Positions 1 to 13,854 are shown, numbered from the stretch's first letter. The stretch: DNA of 64,000 nt from Octopus vulgaris (GCA_951406725.2 OX597827.1:12524001-12588000); one strand, 5' to 3'. A program made the numbers and translations. The notes: generated by a model from the sequence alone, not told the origin.

Positions 1-319
1 GTTGCGACGTCACTGGTGCCAAGATATGTCAGCCTTTTCATTTCCTTTGGATAACATCAGTGGTATGGAGAGAGGAGACTGGTGTGCATAGGTGACTGCT
101 GGTCTTCCAGAAACAACATTGACCAGCCTTGTGCCTCGGGGGGGAACTTGCTAGGTGCAATCCCATGATCATTCATGGCTAAAGGGAGCCCTTCTAGTAA
201 AAAATTATTGTTATTAATCACCATCATCACCATCATCACAGATGGGGCCACTGCCCCTGTCACTATTGTCTTTGTCATTGTTGCTGCTGCTGCTGTTGCT
301 GTTGCTGTTGAGTGAAGCG

Positions 320-641
320 GTCTTTGTCCTGTGGGAGAAGTCCTATATGTGGTCCTTTGCTATTCATAAGACCCGCAGAAGACAGAGCATCGACAGATGG
401 ATGAATGCGCATCCAGGCTCAGCGGTTGCGTAGGAAGTCGGGGACAAGAAACAGGAAGAAAGAGTGAGAGAAAGTTGGAGTGAAAGAGTACAACAGGGGT
501 CACCACCACCTCCTGCCGGAGCCTCGTGGGGCTTTAGGTGTTTTCGTTCAATAAACACACACAACGCCCGGTCTGGGAATCGAAACCGCGATCCTCCAAC
601 CACGAGTCCGCTGCCCTTACCAGTGGACCATTGCACCTCCA
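320..641 (-). mobile_element. tRNA-derived SINE, family C
   Basis: Minus-strand head TGGAGGTGCAATGGTCCACTGGTAAGGGCAGCGGACTCG...GGTTTCGATTCCC with A/B boxes; homologous to 21010-21390 and 21655-22013. Confidence 0.85.
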
Positions 642-882
642 CTGCTGCTGCTGCTGTTCCTGTTGTTGTTGATGTCGTTGCTTAAGCCCCAGATTGACCT
701 TGATCAAACAAACACCTAATCAAATTTAATTTCAACCTTCATTAACTTGTTTTTGTAAGGAATATCTAATATTACATTATTTAAGGTGGTTGTGGTTCCT
801 TTTTGTGTTTATTTATTTTTTTGAAGACAGATGAGTTGAATTTGAGAAAGATTTGGCTTCAGTTTTTAGCTGATTGCAAATT

Positions 883-1297
883 AGGCGCAGGAGTGGCTGT
901 GTGGTAAGTAGCTTGTTTACCAACCACATGGTTCCGGGTTCAGTCCCACTGCGTGGCATCTTGGGCAAGTATCTTCTGCTACAGCCTCGGGCCGACCAAT
1001 GCCTTGTGTGTGGATTTGGTAGACGGAAACTGAAAGAAGCCTATCGTATATATGTATATATATATATGTATGTGTGTGTGTGTTTGTGTGTCTGTGTTTG
1101 TCCCCCCAACATCGCTTGACAACCGATGCTGGTGTGTTTACGTCCCCGTCACTTAGCGGTTCGGCAAAAGAGACCGATAGAATAAGTACTGGGCTTATAA
1201 AGAATAAGTCCCAGGGTCGATTTGCTCGACTAAAGGCGGTGCTCCAGCATGGCCGCAGTCAAATGACTGAAACAAGTAAAAGAGTAAAGAGTAAAGA
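883..1297 (+). mobile_element. tRNA-derived SINE, family A, full length
   Basis: AGGCGCAGGAGTGGCTGTGTGGT (A box) ... GGGTTCAGTCCC (B box), central (TA)/(TG) tract, (AAAGAGT)n tail; more than 10 homologues in the window. Confidence 0.9.
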
Positions 1298-1482
1298 GTA
1301 TGTCAGTTGTGATGTAATTCTTTTAGTAGAACATTATTTCATACGGTAAGAGAAACACTTTTCTGTAACTAGTTTAGATTAAAATTAAAAACATGCTAGA
1401 AAGTTTGAAAGTGTTTCAAATTAGATAAAGAAAGAAGCATCTTTTATACAAGACAAGGATAGAATATACCATGGAATATACT

Positions 1483-1896
1483 TATTTTTTTATTACCCAC
1501 AAGGGGCTAAACACAGAGGGAACAAACAAGGACAGACATAGGTATTAAGTCGATTACATCTACCCCAGTTCGTAACTGGTACTTAATTTATCGACCCCGA
1601 AAAGATGAAAGGCAAAGTCGACCTCGGCGGAATTTGAACTCACAACGTAACGCAGACGAAATACCTATTTCTTTACTACCCACAAGGGGCTAAACACAGA
1701 GAGGACAAACAAGGACAGACAAACGGATTAAGTCGATTACATCGACCCCAGTGCGTAACTGGTACTTATTTTATCGACCCCGAAAGGATGAAAGGCAAAG
1801 TCGACCTCGGCGGAATTTGAACTCAGAACGTAGCGGAAGACGAAATACCGCTAAGCATTTCGCCCGGCGTGCAAACGTTTCTGCCAGCTCGCCGCC
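1483..1896 (-). mobile_element. SINE family B, head-to-tail dimer with 18-bp target-site duplication
   Basis: TSD TATACCATGGAATATACT at 1465-1482 and 1897-1914; conserved core GTCGACTTTGCCTTTCATCCTTTCGGGGTCGATAAA (Nin/Deu-like SINE core by recognition). Confidence 0.9.
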
Positions 1897-3249
1897 TATA
1901 CCATGGAATATACTGATGGGGCATTAGCATAACAATTTATGCTATAATAGATAAAAGGATACTGCTTGATATGATATTAGATAAAAGGAGAAGGATTCAA
2001 ATTTGATTTGCTCATACTGTAAATGATATTTGAGACTAAGGATTTTGAAAATTACTGCCACTGTTGCATTGAGAAAGGCAGGTAGGTAGGCAGGGCATCA
2101 GAGTGAAAATATGATTAATATATTAAAGGTTTATGATTGTCAGTCTATGACAGTGAGATTACAATAGAATAAGAGTTTGATTTTCCTTTCCCAAAATTCG
2201 GGGAGATTAGTGCCCAGTAAGAAATCAATCAAACAAGATTTGGTAATCAATTAATAAGAAGCATCTAGAATTAAATGAGATAGCCCAAACGTAAGGTCAA
2301 TGAACACCATAAATTACAGTATTTAGTTTCATGCTTCCTGGTTCCAAGTTCAAATCTCTTTGCCATAAACCAGACTTAATATGATATCGTCATCATCATC
2401 ATCTTTATCATTATCATAATTATAATGACGTTGGTGGGATGGCAGGATCATTAAAGCATTTGATAAAATGTCTTGTGGTATTTCTTCAGGCTCTTAATAT
2501 TCTGAGTTCAATTCCCACCGAGGTCAAATTTGCCCATCAACCTTTCAGGGATGAAAGGCAAAATTATATTAGATCAATCGCAGTTCAGCATTGAGGTTCA
2601 TATAATTGAATGCACCTGCTCCACTTAATTTCTAGCCTTGAGCCTATTTAAGAAATTATTATTACAATATAATACAGTTACTCTCAGAGATTTCATAACT
2701 TTTGGCTTGAAGGAAGATGAAAGTTTCAATAATGTTCTGGACCAATTTACATCAGTGAGAGATGATTCCATCTAGAAATTAAAAACATTCTGTGTCATGT
2801 GATTATTTTTGCAGTTGAGATAACATAGGTATCATTAGCAGATCATTACAGAAGCCTTCAGTCTATATCAAATTATAAGACACCAAGAAACGTTAAGTTT
2901 CTGATGAGTCTGAATACCATAAAACCCCTTTTGTTTTTTTTTTCCCCAAAATTAGGGGTGTGTATGGTACATGATATTACAGTATGAAATATCTTTTCTT
3001 GCCTTAATCTTATTAAGAAAATCCATAATAATTTAATAAAAGTTTATTATTTCTCCAATTTATTTTCATTTGTAGCAGCAGTGGTAATGTCATCGTCATC
3101 ATCATCATCATCATAATCATTCTCATTGTTGTTGTCATCATAGTTGTCATCATTATTATCATCATCATCATCACTGTCATCATCATCATCAGCATTGTCG
3201 TTGTCATCATCATCGTCATCATCATCGTTGTCCTCGTCGTTGTCATCAT

Positions 3250-3865
3250 TATCCTTTCTACTATAGGCACAAGGCCTGAAATGTGGGGAAGGGGACTAGT
3301 TAATTATATCGATCCCAGTGGCTCACTGGTACTTAATTTATCAACCCTGAAAGGATGAAAGACAAAGTCGACCTCAGCGGAATTTGAACTCAGAACATAG
3401 TGACAGGCAAAATACCACTAAGCATTTTGTCCAGCATGTAAACGATTCTTATTTCTTTATTGCCCACAAGGGGCAAAACATAGAGGGGACAAACAAGAAC
3501 AGACAAAAGGATTAAGTCGATTACATCGACTCTAGTGCGTAACTGGTACTTACTTAACTGACCCCGAAGGATGAAACACTAAGTCGACCTCAGTGGAATT
3601 TGAACTCAGAATGTAGCGGCAGACGAAATACCTATTTCTTTACTACCCACAAGGGGCTAAACACAGAGAGGACAAACAAGGACAGACAAAGGGATTAAGT
3701 CGATTATATCAACCCCAGTGCGTAACTGGTACTTATTTAATTGACCCCGAAAGGATGAAAGGCAAAGTCGACATCGGCGGAATTTGAACTCAGAATGTAG
3801 CGGCAGATGAAATACCACAAAGCATTTCACCTGGCATGCTAACGATTCTGTCAGTTCACCACCTT
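3250..3865 (-). mobile_element. SINE family B, trimeric/nested cluster
   Basis: Three successive copies of the CTGGTACTT...GGATGAAA...AAAGTCGAC...GGAATTTGAACTCAGAA core. Confidence 0.85.
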
Positions 3866-4422
3866 TGTAGTCATCATTATCACCATCATTTTAACATCTG
3901 CATTTTCACGGAGGATTGAGAAGAAAAACAGAGCTTGTTATGATGGTTACATCTGTTTGCAACTGTCATGTATTGCCAAGACTGGGAGGTACCAACACCC
4001 ACACACATTTACACACTTACACACAATGGGCTTTTATTCAGTTTTTTGTTGCAAACTGAAATATTAAAAACTAATGTACTGGATTACATTAGATTATCTA
4101 CCGCATGATATACAAAGTGTTATAAATGTTTGAAGACAATCTAGGCTACACATTATAATACTGTATCATACACATGATAAGATATAGTACAAGATGATCA
4201 ACAAAATCAAGTCAAAAAAGATACAACCTCAACTGTAACATAATTATTGATTACAATTCTTCATTTATCAACATAATTATTCTTTAAGATTGCTATCAAA
4301 TTTTGGCACAAGGCTAGCAGTTTCGGGGAAGGGTAAAAGTTGACTACATCAAACACAGTGTTCATCAAACATTAACATGTATAAAATTGCAACAACTGAA
4401 AACAAAACCAACATCAAATTAA

Positions 4423-4745
4423 TCATCATCATCATTTAACGTCCGTTCTCCATGCTAGCATGGGTTGGACGGTTCGACAGGGGATCTGGGAAGCCAGAAG
4501 GCCGCACCAGGCTCCAGTCTGATCTGGCAGAGTTTCTACAGCTGGATGCCCTTCCTAACGCCAACCACTCCGTGAGTGTAGTGGGTGCTTTTTACGTGCC
4601 ACCTGCACAGGTGCCAGGCGAGGCTGGCAATGGCCATGATTGGATAGTTGCATTTTACATGCCACCGGCACGGAAGCCAGTCGAGGCGGCACTGGCATCG
4701 GCCATGATTCGGATGGTGCTTTTTACGTGCGCACCGGCATGGATG
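4423..4745 (-). mobile_element. SINE family D with (GAT)n tail
   Basis: Minus-strand core GGCGTTAGGAAGGGCATCCAGCTGTAGAAAC (Meta-domain-like by recognition), internal TTTTACGTGCCACC subrepeats; homologues at 36718, 42860, 44038, 56300. Confidence 0.8.
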
Positions 4746-5239
4746 TATATAATATAATATTAATATATATATATAATAAAGAGACAATACAAAATCTATT
4801 TTGGAGATATGAACCCAATAGCTTAATTAGCTTACTTTATCAAAAACAAGTTTTAACATAATTTATGTATCTTTAAAAAGGTACTCATTTTAACAAACCC
4901 AAAAGGATGAATGGCAAAGTTGCTCTCAGGGTAATTTGAACTCAGAACATGAAGATAGATAAAATGCAGTCAAGCATTTTGCTAATGTTTCTGTCAGCTT
5001 GCTGCCTTTTGTTACACTTAAATATTGAATGATATCAAGAAACAGGAGACTGACATATAGATCAGAAACAGACCTGGAGTAGAGAAGGCCTGGCATTGAT
5101 GAGGCTACAAATGGTGCAAAAGGACTTTGACAAAGAAAGCTGATTAAACTGATTGACTGAATAGTTAATCAAACAATTAATTAGTTAATTGATTAAATGT
5201 TAATGAATTGACTGATAATACTAATAATGATTTCAAATT

Positions 5240-5690
5240 TTGGCTCAAGCCAGTAGTTTTTTATGTGCGGGGGGCGGAGAATAATTTGATTATGTTGACC
5301 GCAGTTTTCAACTGGTACACATTTTGTCCCCAAAAGGATGAAAGCCAATGTCAACCTCAGCAGAATTTGAACTCAGGACATAAAGATGGACGAGCTGGCA
5401 GAATTGTTAGCACGCCAGGCGAAATACTTAGCAGTATTTCGTCTGCCGTTGCGTTCTGAGTTCAAATTCTGCCAAGGTCTACTTTGCCTTTCATCCTTTC
5501 AGGGTCGATAAATTAAGTACCAGTTACGCACTGGGGTCGATGTAATCGACTTAATCCATTTGTCTGTCCTTGTTTGTCCCCTCTATGTTTAGCCCCTTGT
5601 GGGTAGTAAAAAATAAGGACATGAAGATGGACAAAATGCAAGAAAGCATTTTGTGCTGTGTGATAACGGTTCTGCTAGCTCACCACCTTC
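5240..5690. mobile_element. Family B SINE (+, about 5392-5614) inserted antisense into an older family B copy (-)
   Basis: Near-identical TSD AGGACAT(A/G)AAGATGGAC at about 5375-5391 and 5615-5631. Confidence 0.75.
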
Positions 5691-5712
5691 ACTAATAATA
5701 ATAATAATAATG

Positions 5713-5743
<31 letters not shown>

Positions 5744-6997
5744 TAATAATAAATTTTCTACAAAAGGCATGAGGCCTGAAATTTGCGGGGAGGGAACTAG
5801 TCAATTACATTGACCCCAGTGTTTCACTCGTACTTAATTTATCAACCCACAAAGGATGAAAGGCAAAATTGACCTCAGCAAAATTTGAACTTAGAATGTA
5901 GTGATGGGCGAAATGCTGCTAACCATTTTGCCCACTTTGCCAACGATTCTGCCATCTTACCATCTTAATAACAATAATGATAATAATAAAAGAAGTGAAA
6001 CAGAACCAGAGCATATGTTTATTTTTAGCATAATGATCCTCCTAACTAACAACAAAATCTGTTTCGACACAGAAGTTGACGCCAAGAATCTCGCAAACCA
6101 AATTTTAAAAAAACAATAAATAAGATCAGGATTTTAGCCCACAAACTTAACAATAAACTATTTTGTCCCCAATGCTTCTTGTAAAAACATAAATATCTCT
6201 TCTTCAATATGCATAATAGTAAGTAGGGATCATGTGGAGGAATACACTTCAACCTTATTGGCAGTTGGAAGAATATATAATGGACAAGTCCTTTTTTATC
6301 TTGTAGGGCAAAATGTAGGAAGGGTTCAAAATCTCCCTATAGGTGAATCCAACAAAAGGGACAAGAATCCTATTCTGGATAATAAGCATATCGGAATTGT
6401 TTACATCTTTGTGAAGCTAGGATTAAATAAGGCATACGGTGAGATGATTTCAGTAGTAAAGGACAGACACTAAATGGTAAAGTCTGAACCAAAGATTCAG
6501 ATTCAGTCTGTAATCGGTTCTTCTTTTATCTTATATTTTCTGTCTCTACACGTTTGTGTTTCTATGGTAACATACACAGAGGAAGTGGGTTTTTTTTATT
6601 TATTTATTTTGCAGATTCTCATACTGAAAGGAAAAGGAAAAAGATATCTTTTTTACAATTGGTTGTTTTTTTATAATGCTAAGCAGTAAGTCAACTGTAA
6701 GTAACTTGTTATCCGTCAGGGTGACTGTCATGAAGCCTTACTTATGGACATTACCTACATGCCTTGTTTAAGAATACACCACAACGGTTACAATAAAGTT
6801 CTGAACTCAAAACTTGGTAATTGAGAGTCCAACACCTTAGCTTCATAGCCACCATACCATGCACACACACATACGCATACACATATCAAAGACAATATTT
6901 TTTCCCTGCCTTGCATGGCACCAACGATATGTAATTTTTTATCTCTTCAAAGGAAATGTTTTGAGGGGAATGAAAGAAAAGTAAAAAAAAAGAAAAC

Positions 6998-7045
<48 letters not shown>

Positions 7046-7971
7046 AGAGAAAAGAAAAAAAATAACAATAATATCTGTAACAAAAGAGGAAATAGCTACA
7101 AAGAATAAGTTTTTTAGAGAGAAAAAAAAACCAGAAAAGAAAAAGAAGACAATAGAAGGAATTCTTCAAAGAATATCCTCAGAAACATATATAAAGAAAA
7201 GATAGCCACCATTGCTGTGAATTCTCTTTTATTTCTTTCTTATTTGTTTCATTCTTTTTATTCCTTCTTCTGCCTTCACATGTTGAGTGGTAGCCATGGT
7301 AGAAAATGGATGCGAATAGTTACCTTTGAAGTAACTGTCACCGGCAGACAAGAAAAAGGAATTCTGGACTCGAAGCTAGACATGGTTTCTTCCAAATAAT
7401 TACCATATGGCATTTTGTTTTTCTCCAAGACACAAACTGCTTCATATTATCAACCAGGTTTTTATATTTATTTCTTATTTATTTATTTATTTATTGGTTC
7501 GTTTATTTATTTATTTATTTATTTATTTTTGCATTATTTCTTTTAACGTGAAAATATAGAAGAAATATGGAACATGTATAGAAATACTCATACTACTTCT
7601 TCGATATGTATAACATACGTGAGTATTCTACAATGTGTGTGTGTGTGTGTGTTTGTGTTTGTGAGTGTGTGTGAGCTCATGTGTGATGGTGAGCATGTGA
7701 GCATGTATGAGTTTATATATATATGTATATATATGTATGTATGTATATATGTATGTATGTATATGCACTTCAGAAAGAGAAAACTGCAAAACTCAGAGTT
7801 GTAATTAATGAAGTTTCTGCTTATTAATTTAGACACAGACACAGACACACAGATAAACACATACATTTACACATACTGTAAGAGGAAGAGAGGGAAATGA
7901 TACACACACACACACACACACACACATAGATGCGTACATATATATATATATATACACACACATGTCAAGAT

Positions 7972-8197
7972 AAGCAACAAGATATCAAGTAGTAATGCAG
8001 TATGACCGTTTCAAGCGGCTCCATTTAATTGAATCATTACATCAATTTAAATGCAGTGCTATCTTCAGCTGCACAAAATATAGAATTTTTTTTAACTAGT
8101 AGTACTGCATTTAAATTGATATAACGCTTGCATTGTTCAATTAAATGGAGCTGCTTGAAACAGTCGTACTGCATTACTACTTGATATCCTGTTGCTT
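7972..8197. mobile_element. Fold-back/MITE-like element with about 60-bp outer and about 20-bp inner inverted arms
   Basis: GATATCAAGTAGTAATGCAGTATGACCGTTTCAAGCGGCTCCATTTAATTGAA pairs with TTCAATTAAATGGAGCTGCTTGAAACAGTCGTACTGCATTACTACTTGATATC. Confidence 0.8.
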
Positions 8198-8331
8198 GTT
8201 TTGATTTTATCCACCTTACTTCGAGCTGTGCAGATAATGCCAGACTGACTTGGTGCTTCAACTTAAGTACCTAATTCAACCAAATCTTAATTATTTCTAA
8301 TATAAATATATATATATATATATAGAGAGAG

Positions 8332-8332
<1 letters not shown>

Positions 8333-8414
<82 letters not shown>
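8333..8414. repeat. (GATA)n microsatellite
   Basis: About 20 perfect units. Confidence 0.95.
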
Positions 8415-9249
8415 CAAACTTACTTGGAAATGGATGCGTGGTGTTCAATCAAATAATAATATAAATAATATAAGTGATATCCTGTCACTTATGGCATTTG
8501 AACCTCAAGGGTATGCTCTGGCACTTGCCACTATCTATATCAATCTCTTCTTTTACTCAACCATCTCATTTATACTCTGATCCCCGTTCCTTGTGAGTAT
8601 GCCCAGCATTTTGCCTCTATCATCATCCTGCAGTCTCTCACTCCTTTACTTTCCTTCTTCTGCACTTCCCTCAGGTTGGGCAACCATGTATTTTCTTTGT
8701 GGTAGCACACCTGTTTCTGTCTTCATTCCTGATCTGTCTCACTCCGGCCAGGTAACCTTGTACTTCCTCTACAGCAAGACACCTGTATCTTTCTCACTAT
8801 AACCTTTCATTATCACCTCCTCCCTCTAAAAAGTTTTAGGCTTGCAAGAATTTTCTGTCAGTGTAGGTGCCACTTAAAAATCACCCAATCCACACTGTAA
8901 AGTATTTTGTATTCGGAAGGGCATCCAGCTGTAAAAACCTTGCCTATGCTTGTGCCACATAAAAATTATTAAATCCATTCTGCTGAGTGGTTGGTGTTAG
9001 GAAGGGCATCTAGCTGTAAAAGTCCTGCCAAAACGGTCACAGAAGTCCAGTGCAGACATTGGCATGGCCAGCCCTTGAGGTACAAACTCACCCATGCTAG
9101 CATGGAACAAATACATTAAATGATGATGATGATATATATATATATAATATGAATAATACATATGTATATATATATATATATATATATCATCCACACCTTG
9201 CTTATATATATATAATATATATAACATAAATAATAAATTTATATATATA

Positions 9250-9315
<66 letters not shown>

Positions 9316-9318
9316 TAA

Positions 9319-9382
<64 letters not shown>

Positions 9383-9870
9383 GTAAATCACCAACAGTAA
9401 GCAACATGAAATACGGAAACAAATGAGTTCAATATGCAAACAACAAGGGAAACAAATGGAAAACAGGACAAGTAACACAAAGAACGACCTTTCATCAACT
9501 GTCTATCTTCTCTTCATTTTGAGCATATATGTATGTATTCTTAAGGAAATTAAAAGTTATGGCTGGTCATAGATTGACCATTAGTGGTATATGTGACTCA
9601 TCAAACTCAAATTGCTGAGGGCAAATAACTTCTCTAGAGCTGGTGGAAGAAATACATAATGGTCAATTGATTGTGTAAACAAAAGATACTTGTCTGTGGT
9701 ATGGGTGGGACAGGGTTTGCAGGATGGGATTATCTTCCTTACAGCAGCTCCAGCCATGGGGATATTTGAAAGAGCTGTGGTAGGACTATTCAATAAATGA
9801 GAAATTCCAAGTCTGAAGTAGGAAACGTTTTAGACATAGGCATTACCTGACTAGTTCTTTCTTGGAGTTA

Positions 9871-9944
<74 letters not shown>

Positions 9945-9988
9945 TATATATATATGCATATATATATATATATATGTATATGTGTGTA

Positions 9989-10040
<52 letters not shown>

Positions 10041-10414
10041 ATCCAAACAAGAAAGCACAAAAAAACACAACAACACGAGGACGTGGAACAAATATAGTAT
10101 TATTGGACGCTCAGGAAAGAAGGGAAGACAGAGGAAAAAATTGCCAACGGTACACACAAGGTCACATTTTATATATATTTATATATATGTATATATATAT
10201 TTATATATAGGGGAGAATTCACAAAAATACAAAAGACGAAGACAGGTGGTGAAGACAACAAATAAATGTATTAGTTTAATGCTCAGGAAGTAAAAAAGTT
10301 TTTAACGTTTTGTGCCTACGCTCTTTCACAGAAAGAAACAGGGAGAGAAAATAAAGAGGGAGAGGAAAAATATATATACACACACAACAGAGAAATAAAA
10401 TGAGAGAGAGAGAA

Positions 10415-10737
10415 CATATGGTCAAAATCTGGTTGGAGAGGGTTGCTACTGGAAGGTAATATGGTTTGGCTCATTGTTATATCTCCAGAAAGAGTTAGAA
10501 AATTTTTATGACTGCACCAGCCTTAATTTCAGGCCCCCATTAATTTCTCTAATTTTGACCCATGGATTGCTATGTGTAAGCCAAAGTTGAGAAAGACACC
10601 AATCACAAAGGCTAAGCTAGTGGCCAAAACCAGGGTGTTCAAAAGATCTTTCTGGGGATACAGTGAGAAATTCATGTGTTAGAATCCAGATCCGCCATGA
10701 GGCCATGATAGAAGCTGACGGTGGATACTTTGAGTAA
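10415..10737 (+). pseudogene. Decayed Tc1/mariner-superfamily transposase C-terminus
   Basis: Ends DTVRNSCVRIQIRHEAMIEADGGYFE*, matching the 'R..AVI.A.GG.FE*' end of Tc1/maT-type transposases; frameshifted upstream. Confidence 0.75.
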
Positions 10738-10779
10738 ATTGTTATCTCCCAGCCATTATCTAAATGTTTTTTACATACT

Positions 10780-10993
10780 TTACTTTTTACTTGTTTCAGT
10801 CATTTGACTGTGGCCATGCTGGAGTACTGCCTTTAGTCAAGCAAATTGACCCAGGACTTACTCTTTGTAAGCCTAGTACTTATTCTATCGGTCTCTTTTG
10901 CCAATCCGCTAAATTACGGGGATGTAAACTCACCAGCATCGATTGTCAAGCAATGTTGGGGGAACAAAAACACAAACATATACACACACACAC

Positions 10994-11058
<65 letters not shown>

Positions 11059-11236
11059 TATACATATATACGACAGGCATTTTTTCAGTTTCCGTCTACG
11101 AAATCCACTCACAAGGCTTTGGTTGGCCCGAGGCTATAGTAGAAGACACTTGCCCAACTTTCTCCGCAGTGGGACTGAACCCGGAACCATGTGGTTGGTA
11201 AGCAAGCTACTAACCACACAGCCACTCCTATGCCTA
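10780..11236 (-). mobile_element. SINE family A, full length
   Basis: Reverse complement of 883-1297. Confidence 0.9.
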
Positions 11237-11652
11237 TTAAATTTTTAAATAATTTTATTTTTGGGTGGGATATTGTGTTTTCTTTTGTGTTCCTGTGTTT
11301 CTTTCCCGCCACAGCCCTAAAAAACATTTATGTGCATGTGTGCATGCAGCCATGCATACACACTTATGTATGCATGTAGGTATGTATGCATGTTCATTTT
11401 TGTGAGTATATAGTGATGTTTTCATATGTGTTTGAATGTACATTCTGCTCACTCACAGATTCAAAGTTTGAATATGTGCAAGAATATGATTATGCATCGA
11501 TAAGTAATTTGTTACAATTATATTCTCATTCACCATAATAAGAATGATTATCCATTCATGTATATGTATCTATATTTATACATAATTATATACATATAAA
11601 TAAAATTATATATATATATATGTAAAATTATATATATATATATATATGTAAT

Positions 11653-11688
<36 letters not shown>

Positions 11689-11807
11689 CATAGAGACACA
11701 CATACATATTTATGTGTGTGTATGTGTATGTATATATATATATACACATATGTATATAGTTTTCCTTTGTCCATGTTCTATGTTTCATTGATAGAATAAC
11801 AATAGGA

Positions 11808-11850
<43 letters not shown>

Positions 11851-11876
11851 CATATATATATATATATGTATGTATG

Positions 11877-11915
<39 letters not shown>

Positions 11916-12668
11916 CCATACATACATACATGTGATGTGTGTGTGTGTATGCTTGTATGCATGTATGTGCATGTGTGTGTGTGTGTACACAAGTATGTGC
12001 TTGCATGAAATAAATTTGAAAAAAAAAAAATTATTCTTTCCCAAATTCAGTAAGGTTCCCCCCTTTAATTTCTCCTGATCCTATACAGAGATATTACTTC
12101 AAAGATATTTTGATAAAAGGTTAAAAAAAAAAGAGAAGCGAAAATTCATCATTCTTCATAAATTATTTCTGTTTGGTCTTGTCCTTTTTTTTTCCCAATT
12201 TTTTTTTGTTTTTGGAATTACAATAAATGTACCCTTTTTTGTATGTTTTCATTCATCTTCTTTGCAGATTGAATGAAATTATGTCAGTTTTTATATATTG
12301 ATTACTTTAAATAATGGAATCATGTTGGAAATTATTAATTTTCATAAGGCTGCCCAGAATATTAGTAATCAGCATTTTTTCTGGTTTTCTAATTTCTATA
12401 TTTGTATGTGCATGTGTGTGAGTATGTTTATATATATATATATATATATATACATATATATGTAGAGTGAGAAAGAGGGGCAGAGAAATGCATATATATA
12501 TATTTATTTCTGGTTTATATTATTGGTTTACATATATTTGATTTATCATTTGTGTGCGTACATATATGCGTATATATTGTATTATATGTATATAAATTCC
12601 TTGTATATAATTTTATATAAATATACAGTTAAATATGGGCATATGTGTTTGTGTGTATATACATATGA

Positions 12669-12714
<46 letters not shown>

Positions 12715-12803
12715 GTATTTATATAATATTATTCACTGTGTATATATATATATATACACACAATATTATGTATAATATATATATATATACACACACAAGC
12801 AAT

Positions 12804-12849
<46 letters not shown>

Positions 12850-13213
12850 TACATACACACATATATAAATGCAAATACATATGTGTATGTATGCGAATAT
12901 TTCTTTCCGAAAATGAGTCAAATATACGCCATCATTTTCAGTTTGAACCTGACCTTTTCTAAGGAAGGCTCTACAACAGAAAACTAAAGAGTAATAGTGC
13001 AAAAATAACACAAAAAAATTATAATAAATCATATATAAATACATATATAATAATCTTTATGCTAGTAGCAATGATGTTGTTGTTCTTTTTGTCGTTCACG
13101 TTAGAGAGGGTGGAGAATTTTTGTTACATGTATTTCCCTCTTTTGGAAATCTGCTATTTTCTCTAATTTATATATACATATATAATTATTATTCATATAC
13201 AAGAATGTTGTTG

Positions 13214-13258
13214 ACAGTGACTACGAAGTTTCAGCCAGCTAAGACATCATCAGACAAT
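13214..13258 (-). ncRNA. Type I hammerhead ribozyme motif in a Penelope-like pseudo-LTR fragment (about 13180-13340)
   Basis: Minus strand ATTGT-CTGATGA-TGTCTTAGCTGGCT-GAAA-CTTCGTAG-TC-ACTGT: intact core boxes and GUC triplet, imperfect stems I and II. Confidence 0.55.
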
Positions 13259-13854
13259 GGCTTATATAAAAGTATAGAGTAACAGATCAGAATAGTGTAA
13301 AATTGTTTATATTATAACTGAACATAAACATTAATATACATACATATATATATCAATGTATGTATCTTCTATCTTTTACTTGTTTCAATCATTTGACTGC
13401 GGCCATGCTGCAGCACCACCTTGAAGGGTTTTAGTCAAATAAATCAACCCCAGGACTTCTTTAAAGCCCGGTACTTATTCTATTGATCTCTTTTGCCAAA
13501 CCACTAATTTACAGGGACAGAAACACACCAACACCAGTTGTCAAGCAGTGGTGGGGGACAAACACAGACACACAGACACACACAGACACACACACTCACA
13601 CACACACATGCACATGACAGGCTTCTTTCAGTTTCCATCTGCCAAATCCACTCACAAGGCTATAGTAGAAGACACATGCTCAAGGTGCCGCACAATGGGA
13701 TTGAACCAAAAATCATGTGTTTGGGAAGCAGGGATTTTCTAGTGGTTTGTTTATTAATGGCTTGAAACCCTGGGCAGAATCCCAATGTTGCAATAATAAC
13801 AAATTCTGAATTATCTATAATTTTTTTCTATTTTACATTTTTAGATTCACCTAA

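Noticed and set aside
883-960. tRNA-like sequences at SINE heads
   Set aside because: A/B boxes are present, but they run into SINE bodies and no complete cloverleaf was found; not tRNA genes.
7324-7413. Minus-strand short frame MPYGNYLEETMSSFESRIPFSCLPVTVTSK ending at AAG|GTAACT
   Set aside because: No acceptor upstream and no recognisable homology; cannot be supported as an exon.
8997-12078. Many YIYIYI / CVCVCV / THTHTH ORFs here and throughout the window
   Set aside because: Translations of (TA)n, (TG)n and (TACA)n microsatellites, which lack stop codons.
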